Assembly (NCBI GenBank): GCA_044229975.1
Contig: JBGARZ010000003.1
Location: 96,001 to 160,000 of the forward strand
DNA: 64,000 bases
Direction of reading: 5' to 3'
DNA from: Polyangiales bacterium
GTDB taxonomy: Bacteria > Myxococcota_A > Polyangia > Polyangiales > Ga0077539
Shown: positions 16,649-26,745 of the stretch, piece by piece
Layout: each line of letters starts with the position of its first letter
How positions within the stretch are numbered: the stretch's first letter is position 1
Translations under genes and position numbers: made by a program
The notes under the pieces: generated by a model
The model's input: the letters and a program-made list of their open reading frames with translations, nothing else
What the model was told of the DNA's origin: nothing
The model's database searches: none

Positions 16649-19366
16649 CTACGCCTCGGCGAGGGCTTCTTCGGCGGTCGTGGTGTCGTCGGGGTTGGCT
16701 TCCGGCGCGAGGCCCGAGCTCTCGTCGAACTCGATGCGCCAGTCGCCGCTCGGCGAGAGGCCGATGTTGAGCTTCCGCGGCAGCGGGCCCTGCGCCATCT
16801 GCTCCAGCAGCACGCGCGAGACCGCGGGGACGAGCGAGCCGCGGAGGATGTGCTCGACGTTGCGGGCGCCGGTCTCGGCCTCCGTGCAACGGCGGGTCAC
16901 CTCCTCGATGAGCGCCGGGTCGAACTTCGTCTCGATGCGGTGGCTGGTGAAGAGCCGCTTCGAGAGCCCGTTGAGCCGCATCTCGGTGATCTCGCGGAGG
17001 ATCGACCGCGAGATGGGCGCGTACGGGATGATCGACATACGCGCGAGCAGCGCGGGCTTGAAGTGCTTGCTGAGAATCGGGCGGATCTGGTTGACCACGT
17101 CGTCCACGGCCGGGGGCTCGTCGCCCTCGTAGGCCTTCATGATCGCGTCCGTCGCGAGGTTGCTCGTGAGGATGATGATGGTGTTGCGGAAGTTGATGTG
17201 GCGCCCCTCGCTGTCCGAGAGCGAGCCCTTGTCGAACACCTGGTAGAAGAGGTTCATCACCTCGAGGTCGGCCTTCTCGACCTCGTCGAGGAGCACCACC
17301 GAGTACGGCCGCTGACGCACGGCCTCGGTGAGCACGCCGCCCTCGCCGTACCCGACGTAGCCGGGCGGCGAGCCGATGAGGCGCGAGACGGAGTGCTTCT
17401 CCTGAAACTCGCTCATGTTGATGACGGTCATGAAGCGCTCGCCGCCGAACATGGCCTCCGCGAGCGCGATGGCCGTCTCGGTCTTGCCGACGCCCGACGG
17501 GCCCACGAAGAGCAGCACACCCACCGGCTGGTTGGGGTTGTTGATGCCCGCCTGCGAGATGCGGATGGTCTCGGCCACCACGCTCATCGCGTGGTCCTGA
17601 CCGCGCACGCGACCGCGGAGCTTGTCCTCCAGCGAGAGCAGCGTGGAGATGTCGTCCTTCTGCATCTTGCCGACGGGGATGCCCGTCCAGTTGCCGACGA
17701 TCTTCGCGACGATGTCCACGTCGACGTCGGAGTGGACCAGCGACGGCTTGTTCTTCACGAGCTCGTGGGCCGCGATGGTCTCGTCGAGCTTCGCCTTCGC
17801 CGCTTCGCGCTCCTCGGGCTTGGCCGCGAGCATCGCCTGCCGCGCCTCGCGCACCAGGCGCACCGCGTCGCGCTCCTTGATCCAGCGCTCGGTGGTGTCC
17901 TTCACCTTCCCGTCGGTGCTCGCGATGCGCTTGATGAGCGAGTCGTACGCCTCCTCATCGATGGCGAAGCCCTGCGTGCGATCCTGCTCCAGCGCCTCGC
18001 GCTCGCGGTTCTGCGAGGTGAGCGCCACCTCCAGGTCGACGAGCTCTTCGGGCTTGGCGTCGAGGTTGATCTTCACGCGCGCCGTCGCCGTGTCGAGCAG
18101 ATCGACGGCCTTGTCGGGGAGCTGCCGACCGGAGATGTACCGGTGCGAGAGCTTCACCGCGGCCACGATGGCCTCGTCGCGAATCGCGATGTTGTGCGCC
18201 TTCTCGAAGATCGGGCGCAGGCCGCGGATCATCTGGATGGCGTTCTCCTCCGACGGCTCATCCACCGCGACGGGCTGGAAGCGACGGGCGAGCGCCGCGT
18301 CCTTCTCGAAGTATTTCTTGTACTCCGACCACGTGGTGGCCGCGATGGTGCGCAGCTCACCGCGCGCGAGCGCCGGCTTGAGCAGGTTGGCCGCGTCGCT
18401 GCCGCCCTGGGCGCCGCCCGCGCCGATGATGGTGTGCGCCTCGTCGATGAAGAGGATGATGGGCTTCGGGGAAGCCTTCACCTCGTTGATGACGTTCTTC
18501 AGGCGGTTTTCGAACTCACCCTTCACGCCGGCGCCGGCCTGGAGCGCGCCGAGGTCGAGCGAGAGCAGCTCGACGTTCTTGAGGCTGTCGGGCACCAGGC
18601 CCTGGATGATCTCCAGCGCGAGACCCTCGACGAGCGCCGTCTTGCCCGTGCCCGGCTCGCCCACGATGATCGGGTTGTTCTTGCGGCGGCGCGACACGAT
18701 GTCGATGAGCTGCCGGATCTCCTGGTGCCGACCGAAGACCGGGTCGATCTTCCCGTCGCGCGCCTTCTGGGTGACGTTTTCGCAGAACTTCGCGAGGTTC
18801 TCCGAGGTGCCCGGGGCCACCGCGCCAGGACCCTGCTGCGAGGCGCCGCTCGCGGTCGCGCCGCCCGGCTGGGCCACGCCGACCTCGGCGGTCTCCTTCG
18901 ACCCGACGATGATCTCCGTGAGCTGCGTGCGGAGCTGGTCGCGCGGGATGTTCTCCAGCTCGGGGAGGGTCTCCGCGCTGTACTTGCCGGGGTTGTTGAT
19001 GAACTGCTGGAGCAGCGCGCCGGTGCGGAGCCGCGTCGCGTCGGTCTCCAGCGAGGAGACCGTCCAGGCGTCTTCGATCCACTGGAAGATCGAGGCCGAG
19101 ATGGTGGGCTTGCCGCCGTTGCCGGTGCGAAGACCGCTGAGGGCCTTCTCCAGGCGACCGACCAGGCGCACCCGGTCTTGATCGAACTGGTGGAGGATGC
19201 CCGCAGCGTCGCCGTCGGCCGGGGACACGAGCTCGAGCAGCAGGTGCTCGACCGTGATCTCGTAGGCGCGAGCGCTCGCCGCGCGGGAGACCGACGCTTC
19301 GAGGGCGCGCGTCGCGGTCGGGGTCAGTCGTCGGACGAGGGTCTTGGGCTCAACGAGCAGTGCCAT
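16649..19366 (-). CDS. tssH: Type VI secretion AAA+ ATPase TssH (ClpV)
   Basis: Two AAA modules (RRRKNNPIIVGEPGTGKT; GPSGVGKTETA), AATTWSEYKKYFEKDAALARRF, NMSEFQEKHSVSRLIGSPPGYVGYGEGGVLTEAVRQ; follows tssG. Confidence 0.94.
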   Translation of the reverse strand: MALLVEPKTLVRRLTPTATRALEASVSRAASARAYEITVEHLLLELVSPADGDAAGILHQFDQDRVRLVGRLEKALSGLRTGNGGKPTISASIFQWIEDAWTVSSLETDATRLRTGALLQQFINNPGKYSAETLPELENIPRDQLRTQLTEIIVGSKETAEVGVAQPGGATASGASQQGPGAVAPGTSENLAKFCENVTQKARDGKIDPVFGRHQEIRQLIDIVSRRRKNNPIIVGEPGTGKTALVEGLALEIIQGLVPDSLKNVELLSLDLGALQAGAGVKGEFENRLKNVINEVKASPKPIILFIDEAHTIIGAGGAQGGSDAANLLKPALARGELRTIAATTWSEYKKYFEKDAALARRFQPVAVDEPSEENAIQMIRGLRPIFEKAHNIAIRDEAIVAAVKLSHRYISGRQLPDKAVDLLDTATARVKINLDAKPEELVDLEVALTSQNREREALEQDRTQGFAIDEEAYDSLIKRIASTDGKVKDTTERWIKERDAVRLVREARQAMLAAKPEEREAAKAKLDETIAAHELVKNKPSLVHSDVDVDIVAKIVGNWTGIPVGKMQKDDISTLLSLEDKLRGRVRGQDHAMSVVAETIRISQAGINNPNQPVGVLLFVGPSGVGKTETAIALAEAMFGGERFMTVINMSEFQEKHSVSRLIGSPPGYVGYGEGGVLTEAVRQRPYSVVLLDEVEKADLEVMNLFYQVFDKGSLSDSEGRHINFRNTIIILTSNLATDAIMKAYEGDEPPAVDDVVNQIRPILSKHFKPALLARMSIIPYAPISRSILREITEMRLNGLSKRLFTSHRIETKFDPALIEEVTRRCTEAETGARNVEHILRGSLVPAVSRVLLEQMAQGPLPRKLNIGLSPSGDWRIEFDESSGLAPEANPDDTTTAEEALAEA

Positions 19367-20507
19367 GAACAGGGCCCTCCAGGGCCTTCGGTGCGGAGTC
19401 GTCGTTCGCCGGGGTCGCACCATGCTCGCCCGGAAGTTCAGGTCCCATCGGAACGGGGACGATCACGCGCGTCTCGCGGTCGGCCCCGACGGTCACCCAG
19501 GAGTCGAGCCCAAGGCGCGAGGCGCCCGCCGCGCTCGACGAGAGCCGCAGCGAGGGCGTCTCCCCTGGCGCGAGGATGAGTTCGAGATCGAACTCCAGCG
19601 GGTCGCGCACATAGAACGTGACCAGCTCCTTGATCTGCGCGAGCCCGGGCCCCCCAGGGAGAAACTGCTGAAACGCCTTGCGCTTGAGCGGCCCCAGCAC
19701 GAGGCGAAACTTGCCGCCGCGGTCGAACACCCGGCGCCCGACGGTGGCGTCGACGCCCAGCGTGGTGTTGGCGATGCCGAGCCGGAGAAGCTGCCGCTCT
19801 TCGATGGAGACCCAGCGCCCGACGAACTGCTCGACGGCGACGGGCGCGCCGATGAGCACCTCCTCCATCACGTCGGACACCGCGGCGATGAGCCCCTGCG
19901 CGGTGCGCGCACGCGTCGAGAGCAGCGGCGCGAGGCGCAGGAGGCGGGTGAGCGTGAGGTTGACCGGCGGCGGTTGGTCTTCGTAGGTGTCGATGCCCGC
20001 GAGGGCGAGCGAGCGGCGCGACCACGCATCGGTCGACCCGGAGAGGTAGTCGCTGGTGAATGAGTACCGGGCGTGCGCGCGGTAGAAGAGCGACAGCACG
20101 CGGTGGTGGAAGACGTCGAGAAACTCGCGCTGCGCGGGCCGCTCGTCGCCCTCGTGGAGCACCTCCTCGACGATGTACGTCGGGAGCGGCGAGACGGTGC
20201 CGGTGAGGCCGAGGAAGGTGGTGGTGATCTCGTAGACGGGCTCTTCGACGCCGTCGCCCGTCTCGCCCGCGCGCCGCGGACGGGCCGTGATGGTGGACAC
20301 GTCACTCGTCGCGAAGGACAGCGACGGGTCGTGACGGAAGCGGATCGACTCCTCGTTGACGGGGCCGTAGTCGCCGATGCGCGGGCCCTTGGTGGCGCGC
20401 TCCAGGATCTCGATGGCCCGGTAGAACCCCACGCGACGGGGCGAGCCGAGCAGGACCCCGACCATCGCGGTCAGAGGATCGGTTGCTGGCCGCTCTTTGC
20501 TTTCCAC
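19350..20507 (-). CDS. tssG: Type VI secretion baseplate subunit TssG
   Basis: IRFRHDPSLSF, FLGLTGTVSPLP, FLDVFHHR, VEQFVGRW, FRLVLGPL, FLPGG, SRLGLDSW. Confidence 0.92.
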   Translation of the reverse strand: MESKERPATDPLTAMVGVLLGSPRRVGFYRAIEILERATKGPRIGDYGPVNEESIRFRHDPSLSFATSDVSTITARPRRAGETGDGVEEPVYEITTTFLGLTGTVSPLPTYIVEEVLHEGDERPAQREFLDVFHHRVLSLFYRAHARYSFTSDYLSGSTDAWSRRSLALAGIDTYEDQPPPVNLTLTRLLRLAPLLSTRARTAQGLIAAVSDVMEEVLIGAPVAVEQFVGRWVSIEERQLLRLGIANTTLGVDATVGRRVFDRGGKFRLVLGPLKRKAFQQFLPGGPGLAQIKELVTFYVRDPLEFDLELILAPGETPSLRLSSSAAGASRLGLDSWVTVGADRETRVIVPVPMGPELPGEHGATPANDDSAPKALEGPVHGTAR

Positions 20508-22240
20508 TCGTACCTCGCGTTGGAGGGGTGCGACTTCACGTTGAGCTCGCTGAAGGTGTTGATGCCCGCGTGCGCCGCGAGCACCTCGTCGATCACCGAC
20601 GCGAAGAGGTAGAGGTCGCCGTCGCCCGAGAAGCTGCCCTCATCGAGCTCGATGGTCGTGCCGATGCCGCGCACCGGGACCCCCTTCACGAGGCGCTCGA
20701 CGGGGCGCGTGTGCACCTCGCGGATGCCCTCGATGCGGAGCCGGTTGGCGCGCGCGGCCTGCCGGTCGACGGCCGCGAGGAAGTTGTAGAGGTCGAGCAC
20801 GGCGCGCAGCGACTGGCGGTCGGCGAGCGCGCGGTAGTTGAGCGCGAGGTGCGAGATGAGCCGCCAATGCAGCGCCTGGCCGAAGGGCGGGCGCACGGGC
20901 ACGGTGACCGGGGTGATGTTCTTGAAGCGGGCGAAGGGCGGCGAGCCCGGCGCGGCCATGCAGATGTCGCCGACCTTGAGCTGCGACGGCAGACCCCGGT
21001 TGGTGCACATGAGCTCGACCGAGAGGGTCTCCTCGACGACGCCCGACGGGACGTCGCGCGGGGTCTGCACTGACAGCCAGGAGTCGATGCCGTCGTCGAG
21101 CGGCGAGTTGCTGCGGCGCACCCGGTAGAACGAAGGCACGTCATCGGGGAGCGACGCGTGCACGAAGTCGAAGAAGGGCTTGTACTCGCGGCGGTCGCTG
21201 CGGCCCGCCTGGAGCCCGGTGACCTTGTCGACGGAGTAGATCTCCATGTGACGCGGGTCGACCTCGCTCGCGCGCAGCATGTACTCGTGCTGCGCCGGGT
21301 CGAGCTTGAGGGGGTCGGCGTCGACGGAGAAGAGATTGATGACGGGCGCGCAGTGGAGCTTCATCAGGTCGCGCGAGATGCGCGACGGGAGCGACGGGGG
21401 CCGCTCGCCGCTCGGGCTGTTGCCGAACTGGAAGACGATCTCGAAGCGGTCTTCGGCGCGCGACGTGGCCGCGTCGAGGCCGCGCACGTCGATGACGTTG
21501 AACTTCGACGGGAGCGTGAAGTACTCCTGCAAGAGCCGGAAGCCGCCGGGCGCGAACTTCGGCCACGGGAGCATCGCGCAGCGCTCTTCGAAGCCCGCGG
21601 CGCGCACGGAGTTCTTGCCGATCTCGATGCCCTTGGCGCCGGAGGAGAGGCCGCGGACGGACACCGACGTGAGGTGCCGCATCATCCACAGCATCACCAT
21701 GGTGGTGACGCCGGCTTCGCCGTGGAGGTACAGCCGGATGCCGTCGGGGTGAAACACCGCAGCGCGCCCCGCCTCGTGCGTCTGAAACTGCACGCGGATG
21801 GCAGGCAACGAGGGCTGCGACAGGTCGTGGATGACGTCGGTGATCTGGAGCGGCAGGAGGTCGACGTCCGCCGTCGTGCGGAAGCGGCACATCGTGCCCT
21901 CGACCGGGTTGGCCGCGAGCTCGGTGTTGCGCGCGACGCGCTGCCGGGTGCGCAGCGCCCCCGCGACCGGCGTGAACTCCACGATGGAGCACGATGGCAG
22001 CGTACGGAGGTAGTGCGGAAGAAGGAGGTCGGTGAGGGTGTGGATGACCTCGGGGACGTCGTCGTCGAGGCGCTCGCGGATGCGCGCCGTAAGGAACGCG
22101 AAGCCCTCCATGAGGCGCTCGACGTCGGGGTCGCCGCCGCGCTCGGAGAGCATGCCCGCCACCGCGGGGTACGCCTTCCCAAACTCCTTCCCCAACTCGC
22201 GGAGGTAGGTCAGCTCGCTCTGGTAGTACTTGCTGAACAA
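20471..22240 (-). CDS. tssF: Type VI secretion baseplate subunit TssF
   Basis: YYQSELTYLRELGKEF, DPDVERLMEGFAFLTAR, LLQEYFTLP, LHCAPVINLF, WRLISHLALNY; TTG start. Confidence 0.95.
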   Translation of the reverse strand: MFSKYYQSELTYLRELGKEFGKAYPAVAGMLSERGGDPDVERLMEGFAFLTARIRERLDDDVPEVIHTLTDLLLPHYLRTLPSCSIVEFTPVAGALRTRQRVARNTELAANPVEGTMCRFRTTADVDLLPLQITDVIHDLSQPSLPAIRVQFQTHEAGRAAVFHPDGIRLYLHGEAGVTTMVMLWMMRHLTSVSVRGLSSGAKGIEIGKNSVRAAGFEERCAMLPWPKFAPGGFRLLQEYFTLPSKFNVIDVRGLDAATSRAEDRFEIVFQFGNSPSGERPPSLPSRISRDLMKLHCAPVINLFSVDADPLKLDPAQHEYMLRASEVDPRHMEIYSVDKVTGLQAGRSDRREYKPFFDFVHASLPDDVPSFYRVRRSNSPLDDGIDSWLSVQTPRDVPSGVVEETLSVELMCTNRGLPSQLKVGDICMAAPGSPPFARFKNITPVTVPVRPPFGQALHWRLISHLALNYRALADRQSLRAVLDLYNFLAAVDRQAARANRLRIEGIREVHTRPVERLVKGVPVRGIGTTIELDEGSFSGDGDLYLFASVIDEVLAAHAGINTFSELNVKSHPSNARYEWKAKSGQQPIL

Positions 22241-22367
22241 GCTTCGTCTGCTCCCGTAGCGGCGGACTCTAACAGCCCCTCATCCGCGACGTCATCCCTT
22301 CATCAGCCCCGCCCGAACGATGTGGAGCTCTCACCCCTGCGGTGCTCCGTGCTACCCGTTCGCGGCC

Positions 22368-23720
22368 GTGACCCGACCCACCCTCGTGCTCCTTCTCGTC
22401 CCGCTCTCGGCGGGGTGCAGCTCTCCGTCCGCGGCCCAGGATCGCCCTGCCCCGCCCGTCGACCGCCCGACGCCCGCGGTCGCCGCCCCGACCCCGACGC
22501 CCGCGCCCACCCCTCCGGTGCCCGCGCCCGCGCCGAGCGGCATCCCGCGCGACCTCAACGTCGTGATGATCTCCATCGACAGCCTCCGCGCCGACATGCC
22601 GTGGGCGGGCTACCCCCACGCCATCGCGCCCTTCCTCACGCGCCTGGAGTCCGAGGCCGTCTCGTACACCCACGCGTACTCCATCTCCTCGTACACCTCG
22701 CAGAGCGTCGGCGGCTTCCTCGGCGGGCGCCTGCCGAGCGAGCTGCGCCGCGACGGGTACTTCTTCGGCACCTATCCGAGCCGGGTGGTGTTCTTCCCCG
22801 AGCGGTTGCAGGCGGCGGGCATTCGCACCATCGCGGCGCAGGCGCACGGCTACTTCCGCCCCGGCCACGCGGGCTTCGAGCAGGGCTTCGACGTCTACCG
22901 CATGGTCTCCGACCTGCACTGGAACGCCACCACCGACGTGGACATCACCGGCGTCCGCCACGCCGACCTCGCGATGCGCCTGCTCGGCGACCCGGCCAAC
23001 ACCTCGGGGCGCTTCTTCGCGTGGTTCCACTTCATGGACCCGCACGACCAGTACCAGGCGCACCCGGGCATCCCCTACGGCCGCCGCGTGCGTGAGCACT
23101 ACGACGGCGAGGTCACCTTCGCCGACCAGCAGGTCGAGCGCCTCGTCACGTGGATCCGCGCCCAGCCCTTCGGCGCCCGCACCGCCATCGTGATCACCGC
23201 CGACCACGGCGAGAGCTTCGGCGAGCACGGCCACTACCGGCACGCCTTCCAGGTGTGGCAGCAGCTCGTCCGGGTGCCGTGGTTCTTCGTGATCCCGGGC
23301 GTCGCGCCGCGGCGCATCGACGCCAACCGCAGCCACGTCGACCTCGCCCCGACCCTCCTCGAACTCTTCGGCGTCGCGGCCGAGCCCGAGTTCACCGGCC
23401 ACTCGCTCGTCCCCGAGTTTGGTGGCGCGGCCCCCGAAGAGCGCGACGTCTGGGTCGACCTCGCCCGCACCGGCAACAACGACCGCCGCCGCGCGCTCAT
23501 CCGCGGCCGCTACAAGCTCACCGCCTACGGCGACGACAGCCGCTTCGACCTCTTCGACCTCGAGGCCGACCCGGGCGAGCTCACCAACCTCGCGCGCACG
23601 CAGCCGCAGGTCTACGCCGACATGGTTCGCCGCTACCGCGAGGCGCAGCCGGGCATCCGCAACCAGCACGTGAGCGGCTGCAACACCCTGACGGGCGCGC
23701 CTCCGGGACGCGGCTGGTGA
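22368..23720 (+). CDS. Sulfatase-like / alkaline-phosphatase superfamily lipoprotein
   Basis: Lipobox LSAGC; NVVMISIDSLRAD, HFMDPHDQY, YDGEV, ITADHGESFGEHG, LFDLEADPGELTNL. Confidence 0.85.
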   Translation: MTRPTLVLLLVPLSAGCSSPSAAQDRPAPPVDRPTPAVAAPTPTPAPTPPVPAPAPSGIPRDLNVVMISIDSLRADMPWAGYPHAIAPFLTRLESEAVSYTHAYSISSYTSQSVGGFLGGRLPSELRRDGYFFGTYPSRVVFFPERLQAAGIRTIAAQAHGYFRPGHAGFEQGFDVYRMVSDLHWNATTDVDITGVRHADLAMRLLGDPANTSGRFFAWFHFMDPHDQYQAHPGIPYGRRVREHYDGEVTFADQQVERLVTWIRAQPFGARTAIVITADHGESFGEHGHYRHAFQVWQQLVRVPWFFVIPGVAPRRIDANRSHVDLAPTLLELFGVAAEPEFTGHSLVPEFGGAAPEERDVWVDLARTGNNDRRRALIRGRYKLTAYGDDSRFDLFDLEADPGELTNLARTQPQVYADMVRRYREAQPGIRNQHVSGCNTLTGAPPGRGW

Positions 23721-23721
23721 C

Positions 23722-24702
23722 CTACCGCTGGTACTCGCCGGGGCGGTAGCGCGACAGGTTGTCCCGCAGCCAAGACGCCACCCGCGCGACGCCCTCCTCC
23801 AGCGACACCTCGGCCCGCCAGCCCAGCACCGACGCCGCCCGCGACGGATCACCCAGCAGCCGCTCGACCTCGCTCGCCGATGGTCGGATGCGCTCCTCGG
23901 CGCTCACGATCTCCACCGTCGTCCCGACCACCTTCATGCAGAGCGCGGCGAGGTCGCCGACGGAGATCTCGCGCCCGGTGGCGAGCTGCACCGTCTGCCC
24001 GAGGGCCTCGTCGCGCTCGGCCGCCAGCAGGAAGCCGCGCACGGTGTCCTCCACGAAGACGAGGTCGCGCGTCGGCGTGAGCTTGCCGAGGGAGAGCGTT
24101 CGACCCGCGAGCACCTGCGTGAGGATGGTCGGCAGCACCGCGCGCGTCGACTGCCGCGGGCCGTAGGTGTTGAAGGGCCGCACCGTCACCGCGCGCAGCC
24201 CGAACGAGCGCACGAAGCTCTCGACGCACTGATCCGCGGCGATCTTGCTGGCGGCGTACGGGGACTGGCCGACGAGCGGGTGCGCCTCGGTGATGGGGAC
24301 GAACTGCGCCGTGCCGTACACCTCGCTCGTCGAGGTGTGGACCATGCGCGCGCCGTTCGCATCGAGGCACGCCTGCGCGACGTGAAGCGTCGACATCAGG
24401 TTGTTGGTGAAGACCTGCGAGGCGCACTGGTACGAGTACGGAATCGCGATGAGCGACGCGAGGTGGAAGGCCACGTCGCAGCCGCGCACGAGACCCCGCG
24501 CGAAGAACGGATCGGTCAGGTCACCCGCGACGACCTCGACCTCGTCGAGCACCACCCTGGGAAGCTGCTCCAGGGCGCCGCGGTCGCTGCGCGCGTTGTA
24601 GCGGACGAGCGCGCGGACCTTGTCGCCGCGCCGCACGAGGGCCTCGACGAGGTGGCTGCCGATGAAGCCGCCGGCGCCGGTCACGAGTGAGTGTCGTTGC
24701 AT
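23722..24702 (-). CDS. NAD-dependent nucleotide-sugar epimerase/4,6-dehydratase (LegB-like)
   Basis: TGAGGFIGSHL, HLASLIAIPYSY, HTSTSEVYGTA, QSPYAASK, RPFNTYGPRQS. Confidence 0.92.
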   Translation of the reverse strand: MQRHSLVTGAGGFIGSHLVEALVRRGDKVRALVRYNARSDRGALEQLPRVVLDEVEVVAGDLTDPFFARGLVRGCDVAFHLASLIAIPYSYQCASQVFTNNLMSTLHVAQACLDANGARMVHTSTSEVYGTAQFVPITEAHPLVGQSPYAASKIAADQCVESFVRSFGLRAVTVRPFNTYGPRQSTRAVLPTILTQVLAGRTLSLGKLTPTRDLVFVEDTVRGFLLAAERDEALGQTVQLATGREISVGDLAALCMKVVGTTVEIVSAEERIRPSASEVERLLGDPSRAASVLGWRAEVSLEEGVARVASWLRDNLSRYRPGEYQR

Positions 24703-24800
24703 GGGCCGCGGGGCATATCACCAGTCCGCGCGGCGCTACCACCAGCAGGCCATCGGGAGGGCGTTGCAGCGCGGTGCGTCGTGCCATAGCTTCGCGCGTC

Positions 24801-26738
24801 ATGGGGACCAGAGCTCTCGCCATCGTGACCACGCTCGCCTTGTCGACCGCCGCGTGCACCGGCGTCCTCGGCGGGGTGCCCGAGGAGCTGATGGTTCCTG
24901 AGGACGTCGGCTTCGAGAAGGTCGTCGAGGACGACGTGGGCTTCGAGCCGGTGGTGCCCGACGACGTGGGCTTCGAGCCCGTCGAACTCGACGCAGGCTT
25001 CGACCCCGACACCGGCATCGCCATCGACGTCGGCGCCCGCGACGTGCAGCTCGTCCCCCTCGACGTCGGCCCACGCGATGTCCCGCTCGTTCCGCGCGAT
25101 ACCGGGCCCCGCGACGTGCAGCTCGTCCCGCGTGATGTGCCCCGTGACGTCCCACGCGACGTCCCCCGCGACACGCCCATCGACACCCCCACCGACCGCG
25201 GCGTGGCCACCGACCGCGGCACCGACGTCGGAACGCCCACCGACCGCGGCACCACCACCGATCGCGGCACTGACGTCGGGACGCCCGTGGACGTTCAGCC
25301 GATGGGCGACCCGTGCCTGCCGTACCGCGGCGTCGACGCGGGCGCGCCGCCCGACCTCACCACCACCGGTCCTCGTGAGCTGCGGGCCTTTCCGGGAGCC
25401 GAGGGCTTCGGCGCGGCGGCGACGGGCGGACGCGGTGGCCGGGTCGTCTTCGTCACCAACCTCAACGCCTCGGGGCCGGGCTCGCTGCTCGCCGCGGTGC
25501 AGGAGACGGGCGCCCGCTATGTGCTCTTCCGGGTGAGCGGGGTCATCCAGGGGGAGATCCACGTGCGCGCGGGCAACCTCACCATCGCGGGGCAGACCTC
25601 CCCCGGCGGCATCACGGTGCGCGGGTTTCACACCACCGAGCAGCCCTACTGCGGCAACTCCTGCCCGGCGAGCACACGCAACGTCGACAACATGATCGTG
25701 CGCTTCATCCGCTCGCGCCCGGCCGGCATGTCCGACGACGCGATGCGCCTGCGCTACGTGCGCAACGCCATCGTCGACCACATCTCGCTCGGCAACGCGA
25801 GCGACGAGGCGATGGAGATCTCCTGCACCAACACCCTCACCGTGCAGAACACCCTCCTCGCCGAGACCGTCGGCGACCACGCGCAGTACGGCGGGATGCT
25901 CATCAACTACTCCAACCCTTCGGCGGGCTACGAGCTCGACCGGCTCACCATCCACCACAACACCTGGAACCGCATCGGCGGCCGCATGCCGGAGTTTTCC
26001 CGCGAGAGCGCGGCGGCGGCTGACTCCACGATGCAGGTCGAGCTCGCCAACAACTTCTGGTGGGACCCGCGCACCTACGTCGACTTCAACAACACCACGA
26101 CGTCGGGCGTCGAGAGCGGCCCGGCCATCCACTACGCCATCAACATCGTCGGCAACTACGGCTTCGCGCGATCGAGCTACGGCTACGGCCTCTTCTCGCT
26201 GCGCGACCGCCAGGGCGAGTCGCCCGCGTACTTCGCCGACAACCTCATGAACCTCTACTCCAACCGCCGCGACTGGCAGCTCAACTACTGCTGCAACGAC
26301 CTGCCGAGCACCACACCCCCGCGCACCGCGCCGGCCTGGGTGCGCGCGACGCGCTTCGACTACCCCGCGGTGACGTACACGCCGTCGAGCACGCTGCGCG
26401 AGTACATGACGGCCAACGTCGGCGCCTTCCCGCGCGACCCGATGGACGTGCGGCTGATGACGCCGGTGCGCGATGGGACGCCATCAACCGTCGCCATCGA
26501 CCGCAACCCGGCGAGCGACGCGTTGCAGGTGGTGACGGGGGCGGCGATGGTTCCGCCTGACAGGGACAACGATGGGATGTCGGATGAGTTCGAGTGCCGC
26601 AACGGGCTCGACCCGGTGGTGCAGGACCACAACGGCACCTCGCTCTCCTCACGCCTCGTCGGCGTCGCGGGGTACACCAACCTCGAGGTGTACCTCCACG
26701 AGCTCGCGCTCATCCGCGTGCGCGATGGGCAGCGCTGA
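24801..26738 (+). CDS. Pectate lyase-like (PL1-type beta-helix) lipoprotein with Asp-rich repeat linker
   Basis: Lipobox STAAC; AFPGAEGFGAAATGGRGGRVVFVTNLNASGPGSL, TIAGQTSPGG, IVDHIS...DE, DRDNDGMSDEFE..NGLDP, GYTNLEVYL. Confidence 0.85.
   Translation: MGTRALAIVTTLALSTAACTGVLGGVPEELMVPEDVGFEKVVEDDVGFEPVVPDDVGFEPVELDAGFDPDTGIAIDVGARDVQLVPLDVGPRDVPLVPRDTGPRDVQLVPRDVPRDVPRDVPRDTPIDTPTDRGVATDRGTDVGTPTDRGTTTDRGTDVGTPVDVQPMGDPCLPYRGVDAGAPPDLTTTGPRELRAFPGAEGFGAAATGGRGGRVVFVTNLNASGPGSLLAAVQETGARYVLFRVSGVIQGEIHVRAGNLTIAGQTSPGGITVRGFHTTEQPYCGNSCPASTRNVDNMIVRFIRSRPAGMSDDAMRLRYVRNAIVDHISLGNASDEAMEISCTNTLTVQNTLLAETVGDHAQYGGMLINYSNPSAGYELDRLTIHHNTWNRIGGRMPEFSRESAAAADSTMQVELANNFWWDPRTYVDFNNTTTSGVESGPAIHYAINIVGNYGFARSSYGYGLFSLRDRQGESPAYFADNLMNLYSNRRDWQLNYCCNDLPSTTPPRTAPAWVRATRFDYPAVTYTPSSTLREYMTANVGAFPRDPMDVRLMTPVRDGTPSTVAIDRNPASDALQVVTGAAMVPPDRDNDGMSDEFECRNGLDPVVQDHNGTSLSSRLVGVAGYTNLEVYLHELALIRVRDGQR
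24903..25290 (+). repeat. In-frame coding tandem repeats (3x30 bp DVGFExV, 3x36 bp DxGxRDVxLVP, DVPR x3, TDRG x4)
   Basis: GACGTSGGCTTCGAG units start at 24903, 24933 and 24963, followed by further degenerate in-frame repeats. Confidence 0.85.
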
Positions 26739-26745
26739 CGGGCGC

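Noticed and set aside
16649..19366. ClpB chaperone call
   Set aside because: ClpV-type signatures (ATTWSEYKKYFEKD, GYGEGGVLTEAVR) and coupling to tssF/tssG indicate TssH.
16499..19579. 1026-aa plus-strand ORF (also 46614-49238, 49840-52248, 60906-63479, 9240-11342 and many other long ORFs in the track)
   Set aside because: Antisense or off-frame shadows of clearly identified genes (tssH, kup, ppk1, lon, kinase). Stop-codon scarcity in high-GC DNA explains them and they carry no motifs.
22230..22250. Second CTGAAC half-site at the tssF start as an SOS box
   Set aside because: Lies in the first codons of tssF and lacks a matching second half-site.
24903..25290. Regularly spaced 30-36 bp repeats as a possible CRISPR array
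   Set aside because: Repeats are in-frame, degenerate at third positions, lack unique spacers and lie inside a CDS; no cas genes.
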